From a virus (lineage: Duplodnaviria; Caudoviricetes): DNA of 51,908 nt. The stretch spans positions 1 through 51,908 of IMG/VR virus record IMGVR_UViG_3300047288_000217. The stretch is one strand, 5' to 3'. Below, piece after piece: positions 50,349 to 51,908 of this stretch. The position numbers and the translations under genes were made by a program. A model generated the notes under the pieces. That model saw only the letters and a program-made list of their open reading frames with translations, made no database searches and was not told where the DNA came from. Position 1 is the stretch's first letter; each line of letters starts with the position of its first letter.

Positions 50349-50424
50349 TGGTGGCCGGTGCTGATCCCGGCATTTCCCCGTCATCCACTGACGGGCTGTT
50401 CTCCAAAACTTGAACTACACCATC
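50346..50424 (-). ncRNA. tRNA-like cloverleaf with non-canonical anticodon arm and T loop
   Basis: Minus strand GATGGTG TA GTTC AAGTTTTGGA GAAC AG CCCGTCA GTGGA TGACGGG GAAAT GCCGG GATCAGCA CCGGC CACCATC A: 7-bp acceptor, 4-bp D stem, 7-bp middle stem, 5-bp T stem. Confidence 0.6.
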
Positions 50425-50760
50425 ACGGCTGCAGCCTGTTAGCCCGACTTGGCCAGAACCCCGGTTTTGTCGGTTTATGCCAGCAGGGTGTGCCATTTAT
50501 GCCAAGCCGCATGCGTGATGTGACGCCCTCACCCCCGTTTCGCCGAGTTCCTTGCAGGACTCCGTGAGCACTGGCGTCAGCAACAATGCTACCACAACCG
50601 TTGCGCAAAACCGCACATTTATTTAAATAGCCGTTGCGTTTTTCCGCCCACACAGGCTTATACTGTCTGCGGGGCTTGATCGGTCTGATCCACCGATGAC
50701 AAAGCCGGACCCTGGCGAAGGCCGCCCCACCTTTTATTCGCCAGCCAACAGACGCCAGGT

Positions 50761-51908
50761 ATGCAACGAACAAAAACTACAGGGCCAAGGGACCCCATTT
50801 CCCTCGAGACAGCGGAGCGCATGCTCTCATTCGTTCGTGGAGTTGATGACCGCGAGACCTGGGTGAAGATGGCCTTCATCCTCAAAGAAGAATTCGGCGA
50901 GCCAGCCTTTGATGCCTGGGACGCCTGGAGCCAGCAGGGCTCAAACTACAACCCCCGCGACGCGCGCGACGTCTGGAAATCGTGCAAGCCCGGCGGCGGC
51001 ACCAACCGCGCCACGATCGGCACCCTGATCGCCCTGGCCAAAGAGGGCGGCTACAAATCCACCGCCCAGGACCGCAAGCCGGTCGACCCCGAAGAACGCG
51101 CCCGCCGCATCGCTGAGCGCGAGGCCCGGATGGCCGAAGAGGAAACCGCAGCGCGCATCGAGCGCGAGCTGGCCGCCCAACGCGCCGCCGAGATGTGGGC
51201 CCGGGCCAGCACCCCAACCGTTCACCCCTACGCCCAACGCAAGCTGATCGAGCCCGAGGGCGCGCGGCAGCTGGCCGACGAGCTGCTCATCCCCATGCGC
51301 CATGGCCCCGGCGCCCTGGTCGGCCTGCAGCGCATCAAGTCCGACGGCACAAAGCTGTTTTTGAAAGGCACCCCGTCCGGCGGCGCCTACACCGTCCTGG
51401 GCAAGCCCGACAAGCAGGGTACGGTCATCATCGCCGAGGGCTGGGCCACCTGCTGCTCCATCCGCATGGCCACCGGGCACTGCGTGGTGGTCGCCTTCAA
51501 CTCCGGCAACCTGGCGCCGGTCGCCCGCAAGATCCGCGCGGCCCTGCCCGACGCCCGAATCGTGATCGCGGCCGACGACGATTTCCAAACCAAGGGGAAT
51601 CCGGGCACCACCGACGCCCGCAAAGCTGCGCGAGAAATCAACGCCCTGGTGGCCATTCCCTTGTGGTCTGTGGACCGGGGCACCGGTACCGACTTCAACG
51701 ACCTGCACCTGGCCGAGGGTTTGGCGGCAGTCGAGGACGGCATCATGAAGGCAGGCTCACCAGATGAGCCCGAGACCCCACCGCCTGGTGACGACGGTCC
51801 CGAAGGTGCGCCTTGGGACGATTTGCCCACCGGTTTGCCCACCCCCGGGGGTATCGATTCCCAAGGGGGTAAAAATCAGCCCCCATATTCGCCCCCATAT
51901 TCCGAGGG
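50761..51908 (+). CDS. Primase (PriCT-2 + TOPRIM), 3'-truncated by window edge; not in ORF track
   Basis: Translated by hand from ATG 50761: DDRETWVKMAF..WDAWSQQGSNY..WKSCK..TIGTL (PriCT-2); HPYAQRK..GLQRI..IAEGWAT..VAFNSGNL..IAADDD..TDFNDL (TOPRIM). Confidence 0.9.
   Translation, partial: MQRTKTTGPRDPISLETAERMLSFVRGVDDRETWVKMAFILKEEFGEPAFDAWDAWSQQGSNYNPRDARDVWKSCKPGGGTNRATIGTLIALAKEGGYKSTAQDRKPVDPEERARRIAEREARMAEEETAARIERELAAQRAAEMWARASTPTVHPYAQRKLIEPEGARQLADELLIPMRHGPGALVGLQRIKSDGTKLFLKGTPSGGAYTVLGKPDKQGTVIIAEGWATCCSIRMATGHCVVVAFNSGNLAPVARKIRAALPDARIVIAADDDFQTKGNPGTTDARKAAREINALVAIPLWSVDRGTGTDFNDLHLAEGLAAVEDGIMKAGSPDEPETPPPGDDGPEGAPWDDLPTGLPTPGGIDSQGGKNQPPYSPPYSE

Larger units (their letters stand above)
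1..51908. mobile_element. Tailed dsDNA bacteriophage/prophage genome segment (podovirus-like morphogenesis module, divergent early arms); both ends open
   Basis: Ordered terminase-portal-scaffold-capsid-adaptor-fibre-lysis-nozzle-internal protein genes on +, RecT/YqaJ arm on -, helicase/VRR-NUC/primase on +; no host housekeeping genes. Confidence 0.97.

Noticed and set aside
50346-50424. Functional tRNA-Pro(TGG)
   Set aside because: TGG can be centred in a 7-nt loop, but U33, the TTC T loop and normal arm spacing are missing; reported as tRNA-like instead
48254-51842. Minus-strand ORFs over helicase and primase, and + ORF 51195-51767
   Set aside because: Shadows or alternative frames of the helicase and the open-ended primase starting at 50761
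1-51908. Additional remote VR copies or a CRISPR array
   Set aside because: No other gene end resembling TR and no regularly spaced repeat-spacer array found by eye; a BLASTN of TR against the full genome would be needed to exclude targets outside the window

Overview
The whole window is a contiguous piece of a GC-rich tailed dsDNA phage or prophage genome. It has a podovirus-like virion: terminase, portal, Mu-gpT-like capsid, adaptor/nozzle and large internal/ejection proteins, with no tail tube or sheath. A Betaproteobacterial host is only an inference. Bases 1-34.4 kb (+) form the late region. It includes a GroES-like co-chaperonin followed by three adjacent genes resembling nucleotide-signal 'sponge' anti-defence proteins (Acb2/Tad1-hairpin-like, an unknown domain fused to Tad2/DUF2829, and Gp49/Acb4-like). 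It also holds a complete BPP-1-type diversity-generating retroelement: an Mtd-like tail-fibre target with VR 20436-20554, a GAAA hairpin, avd, TR 20977-21095 and a reverse transcriptase. All 9 VR/TR mismatches lie at TR adenines. A GH108 endolysin/holin cassette follows. Bases 34.4-44.9 kb (-) form an early arm (YqaJ/RecT, DUF2303, Xis-like HTH, many small ORFs). Bases 45-51.9 kb (+) carry a Cro-like HTH, a sigma-region-4 protein, an SF2 helicase, a VRR-NUC nuclease and a PriCT-2/TOPRIM primase truncated at the window end. Less familiar signals include a [YFLM]-A-x-G-G-x-V motif repeated about 13 times in three unrelated late proteins, a non-canonical tRNA-like cloverleaf at the end of a structured antisense RNA (50346-50580), a candidate structured RNA behind the capsid gene, and a covarying hairpin over Shine-Dalgarno sites. 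All family assignments come from motif recognition by eye; no searches were run.
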